Shown in pieces: positions 8,419-17,040 of a stretch of 64,000 nucleotides of DNA. The notes beneath the pieces are model-generated. The model did not search any database. It saw nothing but the letters and a program-made list of their open reading frames with translations, and was not told the origin of the DNA. Position numbers and translations under genes: made by a program. The stretch is taken from contig JBIOIQ010000004.1 in the NCBI GenBank assembly GCA_044449985.1, forward strand, positions 141-64,140. Direction: 5' to 3'. Each line of letters starts with the position of its first letter. Position 1 is the first letter of the stretch. Source of the stretch: Candidatus Saccharimonadia bacterium. GTDB lineage: Bacteria; Patescibacteriota; Saccharimonadia; UBA4664; JBIOIQ01.

Positions 8419-9290
8419 AGCTAGGCTTACAGATAAACCGCTTTAATTGGCCAGGATCCCCAGACAATATTGGCAGACATTTAATTGATGTTGCGAGGGC
8501 AGCTGAAGAATCAGGATTTGACAGCATTTGGGTAATGGATCATTTTTTTCAAATTGGATATTTAGGCCCATCGGAAGATCCAATGCTCGAAGCCTATACA
8601 GTTTTGGGCTACTTGGCGGCTGCTACCAAGAAAGTTAAACTTGGAACTTTAGTTACCGGAGTGATTTATCGAGAACCAGCCCTACTTATCAAGGCGGTTA
8701 CGAGTTTGGATATTATATCAAGAGGTAGGGCCTACTTAGGAATCGGTGCGGGGTGGAACGAGGAAGAGGCTGAAGGTTTAGGCTTTCCTAACACTCCTTT
8801 GACCGCCAATCGTTTCGAGCGGCTGGAAGAAACTCTGCAAATTGCCAAAAAAATGTTTGGCGATGATCAATCCCCTTTCGAAGGCAGTTATTACCACCTC
8901 AAACGTCCGATAAACCACCCTACCCCGCTCTCAAAACCCCATCCTCCAATTCTAATTGGCGGAGGTGGCGAGCAAAGAACGCTTAAACTTGTTGCCCAGT
9001 ATGGGGACGCTTGTAACGTTTTTGCCCGCGGGTCGGCGGAAGATGCTCAGCACAAGTTTAGTGTATTAAAAAATCACTGCGACAAATTGGGTCGTGACTT
9101 CTCCGCAATTGAAAAAACCGTATTATCAGTTGAAGTCGGTGCCGCCACAGAAAATCCTGGAACAGCCGTCAGGCTTGCCAAGGATCTCAGCGATGTTGGT
9201 ACTGATCATATAATCTATGGCATCGGTGACGGAGAAATATCTGCGATCAAGAAGTTTGCCCCGCTGGCAGCCAAGCTTTCCAAGTTCTAA
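8415..9290 (+). CDS. LLM-class (F420-type) oxidoreductase
   Basis: MKLGLQI..FNWPG...GFDSIWVMDHFFQ...PMLEAYTVLGYLAA...LVTGVIYREPALL...GRAYLGIGAGWNEEE. The start overlaps the upstream gene's stop by 4 nt. Confidence 0.65.
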   Translation: MKLGLQINRFNWPGSPDNIGRHLIDVARAAEESGFDSIWVMDHFFQIGYLGPSEDPMLEAYTVLGYLAAATKKVKLGTLVTGVIYREPALLIKAVTSLDIISRGRAYLGIGAGWNEEEAEGLGFPNTPLTANRFERLEETLQIAKKMFGDDQSPFEGSYYHLKRPINHPTPLSKPHPPILIGGGGEQRTLKLVAQYGDACNVFARGSAEDAQHKFSVLKNHCDKLGRDFSAIEKTVLSVEVGAATENPGTAVRLAKDLSDVGTDHIIYGIGDGEISAIKKFAPLAAKLSKF

Positions 9291-9363
9291 ATTTATTTTC
9301 AAACTGAATCAATGTAATTTCCGGTTCTTTTATTATTGTATATTGCGGCAAAACTATTGTGCT

Positions 9364-10734
9364 TTAGCTATTTTTAGCAAGAATTTTTGAAGTTTCAATT
9401 TTCGGGCTAGCAACTGGTAGGATAACCTCAAAAGTTGAACCTTTGCCCTTTTCGCTGTTAACTTTTATCGTCCCGCCCATTCTTTCAACATATTGCTTGA
9501 TTATCCAAAGACCTAATCCAGTTCCAGATATACCGGCAGTATCTTGATTTTTTGCACGGTAAAATCTTTGGAATAATCTGCCCTGTTCTTCGAGGGTCAT
9601 GCCAATCCCGGTATCTGAAACTTTGGCGATGACGGATTGAGAGTTTATCTCATAACTTATTATGATGCTACCTTGTCTCGAATACTTGATCGCGTTATCA
9701 ATTAAATTTGTAAAGACCTCAGTAATTCGATCAGCATCTCCTAGGACCATCGGTAAGCTTAAGTTCTCTTGATGCACAAGTTTAAGTCCCTTCTCGCTCG
9801 CTTTCACGCCAAACGTAGTCACGAGTGGCCCGATAATGGGAGCTAAACTTACTAGTTTTAAGTCAAAACTGGTTTTATTTTGTTCTAACCTTGAAACATC
9901 GAGTAAATCACCGATCAGATGACCAAGTCGATCGGTTTGATCAAATGCAACATTGAGCTGAGTTTTGACCACTTCACCTACAGGTTCTTCTAGAGCAAGC
10001 GAGATATAGCCTTTAATAATTCCCATGGGAGCTCTCAGCTCATGGGTCGCTATGTTAATAAAATCGTCTTTCATTTGGTCAAGTTCTTTTTGCTTTCGGA
10101 ATAATTCTGAATATTGAATAAATTTAAAGTGATCCAGAAGCAAGGCTATGATAACTATTAAAATAAGGCCCAGGATAATGTAGGAATCGCGAAGTGTCGA
10201 TGCCATTATGGAGTCCGAATTCGCCAACGACACACGCAGAGAAGAGATTGCGACTTCTTGTCCGGTCGCATTAAATATGGGCGTGGCAACTAACCAATCT
10301 CTAGTTCCCCCTTCCCCGGCGACAATTAAGCTGGCGATAGATTGTTGTTTAGACCAAGCAAATTTTGATTGAATAGTTGTATCGGGGAGTCCATTTTTGC
10401 TGGGATCTGAGCTGGCGATGGTAGTGAGAGTATTATTTGACAGAATTGAAACGCTAAGTTGATCAATCTCAGGAGCCTCCGGAAGAGTCTGATCAATTAG
10501 ACTCTGGATTGAGCTTGCACTTTGCGTAGGCGAATTGGAAGATATAATATTCGCGACCGAAATACCAAATACTTCATTAGCTAAATTTGCTTTTCGTTGC
10601 AACTCAAGATCAAAGTTTTGCTTAAGTTGTGAAGTCAACCAAAGGGTCGAACCAATTACCATAAGTGGTATTAGGGTAATTACTAGTATTGAATAAGCGA
10701 GTTCGAGACGTTGCTTATCAAACTTGAGGGTCAT
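9364..10734 (-). CDS. sensor histidine kinase (two TM helices, HisKA + HATPase_c)
   Basis: The H-box is ATHELRAPMGIIKGY, the N-box LIDNAIKYS, G1 DTGIGM and G2 GTGLGL. I placed the start at MTLKFDK (10734), overlapping the upstream gene by 17 nt. Confidence 0.8.
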   Translation of the reverse strand: MTLKFDKQRLELAYSILVITLIPLMVIGSTLWLTSQLKQNFDLELQRKANLANEVFGISVANIISSNSPTQSASSIQSLIDQTLPEAPEIDQLSVSILSNNTLTTIASSDPSKNGLPDTTIQSKFAWSKQQSIASLIVAGEGGTRDWLVATPIFNATGQEVAISSLRVSLANSDSIMASTLRDSYIILGLILIVIIALLLDHFKFIQYSELFRKQKELDQMKDDFINIATHELRAPMGIIKGYISLALEEPVGEVVKTQLNVAFDQTDRLGHLIGDLLDVSRLEQNKTSFDLKLVSLAPIIGPLVTTFGVKASEKGLKLVHQENLSLPMVLGDADRITEVFTNLIDNAIKYSRQGSIIISYEINSQSVIAKVSDTGIGMTLEEQGRLFQRFYRAKNQDTAGISGTGLGLWIIKQYVERMGGTIKVNSEKGKGSTFEVILPVASPKIETSKILAKNS

Positions 10735-12379
10735 GATCTGGTGGATTTTCTTGGCTAATCGTGGGAGCAAGAGGACTACTGTCGGGTACCGGTTGCACGA
10801 CATTCGGGACATTAACAGCGGTTACTGCGCTCCCCGACACCAGTGAAGGAGTCGGAGTTCCGCTTCCTCGAAGCCTCAACACTATAAAGAAAGCTAGAAC
10901 TATAAAGAGCAACCCAATACCGATATAAGCTACTTGGGACGCTTGCAAGCCAGATTCGATAACTAGGCTACCGTCCTGGCTCCCAGGCGCGGCAGCGGCA
11001 ATAGAAACCGGTATAGCTGAACTCCTGACAAATGTTGAGGCGTCTTTTGACGAAACTGCGTAAATTTCGTGATGTCCCGGTTTGAGTGGATTCTCAAGTA
11101 TATAAGACCATTTGCCTTGATTGTCTGTTTGAGCTCGCAATACCAGGGGATCTGAAAAGACATACAGATAAATATCACTGCTTGGCTTACCTGTTCCAGA
11201 AAGTGCAATCGCAACAGTTTTTGTCCCGGAAGAGTTTTTGACCGTAGTATTTTGAACTAGTGACACTGAAACTATCGAGTTATCCTGTGGTACTTCAGTA
11301 ATATGAGTTGGTATTACCGGAGCAAGACTGGATGGAATTGGATTGTTACCGGAAAAGCACGCTGCACTGACAGTTCTATCATAATCCGTTGGCTGCATGG
11401 CACCGCTCGAAACTAAAGCATAATCCGAACCCATTTTCTCTTCTAAACAGGCTAATATGCTCACCGGGACTACAGGATCTGAATTGGTTGGCGTCGTGGG
11501 TCGAAATATCGTTGCTTGGGTGGCAAGTAATGCCACCTGTTGAGGTATCAAATTTGTTGAAGTCGATGAGCCGCTAGGGTTTTGAGTTGGCTGAGGAGAA
11601 TTCGAATTTGGAGGAGCCGATGGCGAAGTCCCGCCTGTTGGCTGAGGAGGAAGGACTACCTTAACGCTGGTAACTGCAACTTGAGATATGCCATTAAGCG
11701 TTACTGTGACGCCGATGGCAAACATACCCCCCGGCCGACCCACAACCAAGGTCGTCGATGGAGCTGACGAACTACTAAGACTACCAGCATTGGTATCCCA
11801 AAGAAAAGTTGCTCCCGAAGAAGGTAATATAGGGTAAGTTACCCCGTTTTTGGTGTAATTGCCACCAACCGTGAAGACTAGTTTTGCCCCAGGAGTCGTT
11901 ACGAGCGAAATTGGAGATATGGTTGGGGAAATTGCAAACGTCGGATTCCCCGAAGTGTTTTGAACAAGTAGCGGAACTGCCGTGCTACTACAATCGTTTG
12001 CCGGGTTTACGCCGAAGTGAGCTAAAGCAACTAATTGGTAGCTTCCATCGGGTACCGCAGTTGAGTTCCAGGGCAATACCCAACTAACTTGAGTGCCAAT
12101 CGTCTGCAGTGTTGCATTACCAAGCACAATACTTGTCGGTGCAGTGATAGAAAATGTTACAGAGCTTGGTTGGGTCGGTGAGCTTGCACTTACAATCGCC
12201 GACAAGTTGACTGACCCCGAAACGGCAGAATTCGTCCCCGGTGACGAAATACCAATCCCGACACCAGCTCCACAAGTCGCATATGCTGGCTGCGTCCAAT
12301 GTTTAAGCTGACTAACACCAGCAAACAAGACTACTGCGGCGCTTAACACAATTACGAAGAAATGCTTATGTAGTTTCAC
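10718..12379 (-). CDS. exported Ig-like-repeat protein with Pro/Ser linker and C-terminal TM anchor
   Basis: 553-aa ORF with a signal peptide (AGVSQLKHWTQPAYA) and beta-rich repeats. It has a PPQPTGGTSPSAPPNSNSPQPTQNP linker and a C-terminal TM helix (IGIGLLFIVLAFFIVL). Function is unknown. Confidence 0.45.
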   Translation of the reverse strand: MKLHKHFFVIVLSAAVVLFAGVSQLKHWTQPAYATCGAGVGIGISSPGTNSAVSGSVNLSAIVSASSPTQPSSVTFSITAPTSIVLGNATLQTIGTQVSWVLPWNSTAVPDGSYQLVALAHFGVNPANDCSSTAVPLLVQNTSGNPTFAISPTISPISLVTTPGAKLVFTVGGNYTKNGVTYPILPSSGATFLWDTNAGSLSSSSAPSTTLVVGRPGGMFAIGVTVTLNGISQVAVTSVKVVLPPQPTGGTSPSAPPNSNSPQPTQNPSGSSTSTNLIPQQVALLATQATIFRPTTPTNSDPVVPVSILACLEEKMGSDYALVSSGAMQPTDYDRTVSAACFSGNNPIPSSLAPVIPTHITEVPQDNSIVSVSLVQNTTVKNSSGTKTVAIALSGTGKPSSDIYLYVFSDPLVLRAQTDNQGKWSYILENPLKPGHHEIYAVSSKDASTFVRSSAIPVSIAAAAPGSQDGSLVIESGLQASQVAYIGIGLLFIVLAFFIVLRLRGSGTPTPSLVSGSAVTAVNVPNVVQPVPDSSPLAPTISQENPPDHDPQV

Positions 12380-12458
12380 TTGGTCTAAGAATGCTAAAAA
12401 ACCAAGAAAAAGTCAATAAGCATAAGAAGAATAATAACGGGTACTTTATCTTATGAGA

Positions 12459-13088
12459 CTAAACTTCTGCAGACAAGACTTGGGACGAGCTGCCATCGAC
12501 GACGTAAACCTGACTGTCAGATAGCTCTATCATGGAACTGTCATCTTGATGTGTAAGTTTTGCGATATTTATAGAATCGTTATAGAGCGGATTTCCGACA
12601 TGAGGCAGAATGAAATGATTTGTTAAATTCATGCCACTCAAAATTACTTTATCCGCAAATCTCGGGTCATCGGCAGCTTCGATGCCGACTAGACTATTCC
12701 CTGCAATAATCGCGCCGGCACTCTCGCCACCATAAGTTTTACCGTTAGAAAGCAAATTTCTAATAACTATATCAAATCCACTTTTTTCGATCTCACATCT
12801 GATTACGAATGAATTCCCGCCTAAAACCCAAATAAGATCATAATTGTTAAGTTCGTCTTGAAGCTTGGTAGGATTATGATAGAGCTTCAGATCAATTATG
12901 TTTATTGAAAATCCAAGTGCTCGAAAATAGTCGCTCGTCTTGCGAATTTTTTCCTCGCGTAACTTTATCGGGTGATAATCTTTCGCGTTCGGTATCAATG
13001 CGACTCTAGTTTCATTTGCTTTTCGACCTAGCAGTATTTCAAGAACTGAGAGGTTGGGAATTCGATATGATGATAAATATAATTTCAT
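12459..13088 (-). CDS. peptidase S51 (dipeptidase E-like, type-1 glutamine-amidotransferase-like fold)
   Basis: MKLYLSS...VALIPNA...DLIWVLGGNSF...YGGESAGAII follows the S51 pattern, with the nucleophile Ser in GESAGA. Confidence 0.55.
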   Translation of the reverse strand: MKLYLSSYRIPNLSVLEILLGRKANETRVALIPNAKDYHPIKLREEKIRKTSDYFRALGFSINIIDLKLYHNPTKLQDELNNYDLIWVLGGNSFVIRCEIEKSGFDIVIRNLLSNGKTYGGESAGAIIAGNSLVGIEAADDPRFADKVILSGMNLTNHFILPHVGNPLYNDSINIAKLTHQDDSSMIELSDSQVYVVDGSSSQVLSAEV

Positions 13089-13238
13089 GGTGTATATTCG
13101 ATAAATTTATTTTGTATTTCTACTGGACGGGTTGCGATCTCTTCAGCAATTCTGTCAGACTTGACAGAATCAGCTTTCCGCCATTCCACTATCTACGGTC
13201 ATAAAAGAGCTTTCTTTAGAAAAATAACAAAATTGTAA

Positions 13239-13314
13239 TGGTGCGGGTACAGGGACTCAAACCCTGGGCCTCTTCCTTGGCAAGGAAGCGCTCTATCAAC
13301 TGAGCTACACCCGC
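13239..13314 (-). tRNA. tRNA-Gly (anticodon GCC)
   Basis: The reverse complement GCGGGTGTAGCTCAGTTGATAGAGCGCTTCCTTGCCAAGGAAGAGGCCCAGGGTTTGAGTCCCTGTACCCGCACCA folds as a cloverleaf. The anticodon loop is TTGCCAA and the CCA end is encoded. Confidence 0.9.
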
Positions 13315-13365
13315 ATATATTAAGCTTAGGGGGAAACAAATAATGGAATGAGCAAATAGGACAAA

Positions 13366-13441
13366 TGGTGGCGAGACTCGGACTCGAACCGAGGACACGA
13401 GGCTCTTCAGGCCACTGCTCTACCAACTGAGCTATCTCGCC
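13366..13441 (-). tRNA. tRNA-Phe (anticodon GAA)
   Basis: The reverse complement is GGCGAGATAGCTCAGTTGGTAGAGCAGTGGCCTGAAGAGCCTCG...TCTCGCCACCA. The acceptor stem is 7/7 paired, the anticodon loop is CTGAAGA, and the CCA end is encoded. Confidence 0.88.
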
Positions 13442-13560
13442 TCGTAACCACTTGCTCACTTTAAAATATGAGTGTTTATCTTGGCTCGAGGTACTCAGGA
13501 AATGATAGCGGTTTTGAGGAACTTATTCAATTAGGTTAACCCGCAAGAATCGTTTGTAAC

Positions 13561-13637
13561 TGGTGGGCGATGAGGGACTCGAACCCCCGACTTCTTCGGT
13601 GTAAACGAAGCGCTCTAGCCAACTGAGCTAATCGCCC
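13561..13637 (-). tRNA. tRNA-Val (anticodon TAC)
   Basis: The reverse complement is GGGCGATTAGCTCAGTTGGCTAGAGCGCTTCGTTTACACCGAAGAAGTCGGGGGTTCGAGTCCCTCATCGCCCACCA. The anticodon stem is CTTCG/CGAAG and the loop is TTTACAC. Confidence 0.9.
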
Positions 13638-13740
13638 GAACTCTAACAGTATAACAATCGAATCTAATTCAATGCTAGTTTATTGGTTAGCCAAGGATGG
13701 TTATTCCACATTCGGGTTCTAAGATGTTAGAAAAAATTAT

Positions 13741-13767
13741 TTGCGGCCCAATTTAATTGGGCCGCAA
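13741..13767 (-). terminator. intrinsic terminator hairpin for the 13753-14223 gene
   Basis: TTGCGGCCCAAT-TTA-ATTGGGCCGCAA has perfect 12-bp arms. On the minus strand it is followed by ATAATTTTTTC. Confidence 0.6.
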
Positions 13768-14223
13768 AGTTGATTTGAGCCTTAATCGAACAAGCTTGCC
13801 TGATAGAACTCTTACGCGCATTAAAGCATCATTGAGCTCAGATTGTAGCGCGACTATTTCTGTGGCCTCCGGCAGTTTTTTAGCATCTCGCAGAGCTGCA
13901 ATATCAGCCGGACGTATCAGTGTCTTTAGATCGATTCGCCAAAGTCCAGGTTTACCACCATGATGAACAACACATTGGGCGAGGCCAATTCTGCGCAGGT
14001 CGATGAGAGTGGTCGTCCAACTACTTCCGACTCCAGGAGTTTGTGCCAGGATAGTCGCCGGTGCAATCAAACCTAAGCCAGTTTTTTTATCGACCAAGGC
14101 TCGAAGCGCTTTGAGTGCCAAATTAATTCTTTCGGCTTTTATTTCGTCGTTATACAAAGCCATTCCCCCCTTTGCACGGTCGAAACTGAGATATTGTACC
14201 TTTAAAGGATGACTTTTGTCCAT
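13753..14223 (-). CDS. hypothetical protein (156 aa), wedged inside the tRNA cluster
   Basis: The ORF has its own terminator. I recognise no motif beyond a possible helix-turn-helix-like middle region. Confidence 0.4.
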   Translation of the reverse strand: MDKSHPLKVQYLSFDRAKGGMALYNDEIKAERINLALKALRALVDKKTGLGLIAPATILAQTPGVGSSWTTTLIDLRRIGLAQCVVHHGGKPGLWRIDLKTLIRPADIAALRDAKKLPEATEIVALQSELNDALMRVRVLSGKLVRLRLKSTLRPN

Positions 14224-14320
14224 CAGGTTACTCAGTCAGGAATTTAAGCTATAATCATTAGCGTTGCTGAAAAACTAAATTTGCTATCTATAGAATCAAT
14301 TTGAATGGAATTACAATTAC

Positions 14321-14394
14321 GGCACCTTGGCGGAGTGGCTACGCAGAGGTCTGCAAAACCTTTTACACCGGTTCGAATCCGGTAGGTGCCTCCA
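14321..14394 (+). tRNA. tRNA-Cys (anticodon GCA)
   Basis: GGCACCTTGGCGGAGTGGCTACGCAGAGGTCTGCAAAACCTTTTACACCGGTTCGAATCCGGTAGGTGCCTCCA. The acceptor stem is GGCACCT/AGGTGCC and the anticodon loop is CTGCAAA. Confidence 0.9.
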
Positions 14395-14423
14395 TAGACT
14401 TGATAAAGACAGGACTTACGGCT

Positions 14424-14816
14424 TTGAGAAGTGTAGTAGTATGTAGCTCTAAACGTTTTAAAGACAATGTCAAAATTTTTTGCGATGAATTACATCGCCT
14501 AGGCGTTACTGTTTATGAACCAAGTATCATAACTCCTATTTCTGAAAGTGAATTTATCCATTCAGAATATATCACCGCAAAAGTATTTAAAGGCCTTACA
14601 CTTGAGCACTTTGAGTGGATTCGAAAAGCGGATGCTTGCTTTATCTTTAACAAAAATGATTACGTCGGCATAAGTACATCCATGGAAATGGCTTTTGCCC
14701 AAGCCTTGGGTAAACCGATATTTGCCCTGTCTCCAAGAACAGGAGATCCATGCCGAGATAGTTTAATTGATAAAACTGCCACAAGCCCAAAAGAGCTTAT
14801 ACGCTTGCTTGTCTAA
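14424..14816 (+). CDS. nucleoside 2-deoxyribosyltransferase-like small protein
   Basis: The ORF-track start at 14301 overlaps tRNA-Cys, so I moved the start to the in-frame TTG at 14424. VVVCSSKRF...ADACFIFNKNDYVGISTSMEMAFAQALGKPIF fits the Rossmann-like NDT pattern. Confidence 0.4.
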   Translation: MRSVVVCSSKRFKDNVKIFCDELHRLGVTVYEPSIITPISESEFIHSEYITAKVFKGLTLEHFEWIRKADACFIFNKNDYVGISTSMEMAFAQALGKPIFALSPRTGDPCRDSLIDKTATSPKELIRLLV

Positions 14817-14839
14817 TATTGGTATAATCTTAATATTCT

Positions 14840-14923
14840 GCCCGGGTGGTGGAACGGTATACACGACGGACTTAAAATCCGTTGCCGCAAGGCTTGTGGG
14901 TTCGAATCCCACCCCGGGCACCA
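14840..14923 (+). tRNA. tRNA-Leu (anticodon TAA)
   Basis: GCCCGGGTGGTGGAACGGTATACACGACGGACTTAAAATCCGTTGCCGCAAGGCTTGTGGGTTCGAATCCCACCCCGGGCACCA has a long variable arm. A TGgTATAAT box lies about 15 nt upstream. Confidence 0.9.
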
Positions 14924-14990
14924 TTAATTATGCTTAATTTTTGAGGCATACAATTACATATTTTTTTCGAACAGATAATGCCCGAAACAT

Positions 14991-16649
14991 TTAAAATGAG
15001 CGTCTGACGTGCTCCATTGACCAATCCCAATCGGCATTGGCTTTTTTGTGGGGATTAAAAATATGGTCGGGATCAAATATATCTTTCGTTTCTTGAAATA
15101 ATTTATAGACTGAGCTGCCATATGCAGCCTCAAGCCATGGCCCTCGAATCATGCCATCATTATGTTCCCCGGACAACACCCCATGGTAGCTTAAGACCAG
15201 CTCATTGGTTTCTTTCATAGCAGGCTGAAGTTTTGCTCGTTCATCTTTTTCTTCCAGCTTCATAAGAGGGATAATATGGAAATTTCCATCACCCATGTGT
15301 CCGGCGATGGTAGCAAAAAGATTATATTTCTTAATGATTTTGCGCATTTTGGGTAAGAATTCTGGGAGATACTTGGGCGGTACTACTAAATCGTCGATAA
15401 ATGGCGCGGTGTGTTTATCTTTGACTTTATTTCTAAGTAAATTAAAGCTCTGTCGGCGCATAATCCAATATTTTTGTGATTTCGCTTCGGTTGGATCTTC
15501 CTCTTCGGCGGTAATCTCATAATAGGCTCTCTTTATGCCCAACTCTTTATGAAGAGCTTTTATTTTCTCTAGGACTTCTGCCTCGGTTTCTCCGTTAAAC
15601 TCAACCATAAGAATAAGTTTCGGGATACCTTTTAATAACATGAATCCGTCCGGGATTAACCCAATCAATAACTTAATAAAAGCTTTTAGTCCAAGCATTT
15701 TTAGAAAATATGGCATAAATCTTATTGACAGCCACAATGTCACATCATCAAATGACTCAAATGTCGCAGGTTTATGCTCAAGTACAACATTAATAACTTC
15801 CCCAAGTTTATCGATGTCTTTTAGAAACAAAACCAACAGTCCTGAGTGGGGCTTAGCTGGCACTAATCGAAATTGTATGTCCGTCACAAACCCTAATGTC
15901 CCCTGAGCACCGACTATAACTTTTGTAAGATCAAACACCCCGCTTTTTCTGTCCCAAACGTCCCAAATATTGTAGCCAGTCGAATTTTTCGTGACATTGG
16001 GTTTAGCAGCTTTTATTTCGTCATAGTGCTCGTCCAGGAGTGCAAAAGTTTTACGATAAATCTCCCCCTCGAACGATGTGAGTTTCATTTTTGCATCAAG
16101 TTCTTTTTTATCAAGTGGTCCCAGAGTATATTCATTGCCGTCAGCCAGTACCATTTTAAGTTCTTCGACAAAGTTTTCAGTTTTACCAAATTCTAACGAT
16201 TTTTCACCGCCGGAATTATTGTTTACCATTCCACCGATCGTACATAAATCTCGGGACGCCGGATAACTCGGCATGAGGGCTTTAAACTTTAATGTCTCTC
16301 TTTCGAAATCTCGGTAAAAAACGCCAGGCTGGGCATGACCAATTTGGGAATTTACAGAGATTATTTGGGTAAAATGACGATTAAAATCAGCGATGATTGA
16401 ATCGTTGATTGCACCTCCGGACATGTCCGTGCCGGCACTTCTCGCTGTGATCGATAAATTTTGATCATTTTTTTTGTGCTTTGTGACAAATTTTACTAAG
16501 TTTTTTACATCTTCAGTTGAAGATGGAAATACTATAACCTGTGGTTTGACTTCAAACAGACTAGCATCATGACTATATTTCTCAAGTGAATCATTTGAAG
16601 TGTCTACTTCGCCCTTGATGATGGATTTAAGATCATCTGCTAAATTCAT
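14991..16649 (-). CDS. FAD-binding oxidoreductase (GlcD / D-lactate dehydrogenase-like)
   Basis: 552-aa ORF. The PCMH-type FAD-binding blocks are ITARSAGTDMSGGAI, TIGGMVNNNSGGEKS and GAQGTLGF. The C-terminus has GHMGDGNFH...SGEHNDG. Confidence 0.8.
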   Translation of the reverse strand: MNLADDLKSIIKGEVDTSNDSLEKYSHDASLFEVKPQVIVFPSSTEDVKNLVKFVTKHKKNDQNLSITARSAGTDMSGGAINDSIIADFNRHFTQIISVNSQIGHAQPGVFYRDFERETLKFKALMPSYPASRDLCTIGGMVNNNSGGEKSLEFGKTENFVEELKMVLADGNEYTLGPLDKKELDAKMKLTSFEGEIYRKTFALLDEHYDEIKAAKPNVTKNSTGYNIWDVWDRKSGVFDLTKVIVGAQGTLGFVTDIQFRLVPAKPHSGLLVLFLKDIDKLGEVINVVLEHKPATFESFDDVTLWLSIRFMPYFLKMLGLKAFIKLLIGLIPDGFMLLKGIPKLILMVEFNGETEAEVLEKIKALHKELGIKRAYYEITAEEEDPTEAKSQKYWIMRRQSFNLLRNKVKDKHTAPFIDDLVVPPKYLPEFLPKMRKIIKKYNLFATIAGHMGDGNFHIIPLMKLEEKDERAKLQPAMKETNELVLSYHGVLSGEHNDGMIRGPWLEAAYGSSVYKLFQETKDIFDPDHIFNPHKKANADWDWSMEHVRRSF

Positions 16650-16686
16650 TGTTTTAGCATAACTGGTTTAGCTCTGAATTGCTAGT

Positions 16687-17022
16687 TTACTTGCCCACAA
16701 GATACGCGGCATAAACCGATAAACATCCCAAAATAAACATTATCGGCCAAACCACATAAACATTTAAATCGTAATAAAGTTTCGTCGGTTTTTGCCAAAA
16801 ATCTTTCGTTTTATTCTTAGGTTTTTTATAGCTGCTCTTATAGCCTTCCCAAACGGCTTCATGATTTGCTTCAACAAGAATGGAGCCCAAAATGAGGACA
16901 GCACCAATCCCGGCTAATCCTGCGGCCGGACGATAGGCACTCATTACACAAAAAATTATAACTAAATCGACAAATGCCCAACCGGCAAACTTGGCTTGGG
17001 GGGTGCTTTTTCTAAATAACAT
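16687..17022 (-). CDS. small membrane protein (3 predicted TM helices)
   Basis: 111-aa ORF lying between the two FAD-oxidase paralogs. It has three hydrophobic segments. Confidence 0.4.
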   Translation of the reverse strand: MLFRKSTPQAKFAGWAFVDLVIIFCVMSAYRPAAGLAGIGAVLILGSILVEANHEAVWEGYKSSYKKPKNKTKDFWQKPTKLYYDLNVYVVWPIMFILGCLSVYAAYLVGK

Positions 17023-17040
17023 GGCTTCTCCTTTAAATAA

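Noticed and set aside
13199-13459. ORFs 13199-13459 and 13216-13398.
   Set aside because: They are fully explained by tRNA-Gly and tRNA-Phe on the same strand. Their products read like translated tRNA sequence.
14301-14423. The 5' extension of ORF 14301-14816.
   Set aside because: It overlaps tRNA-Cys (14321-14394) on the same strand. I used the downstream in-frame TTG instead.
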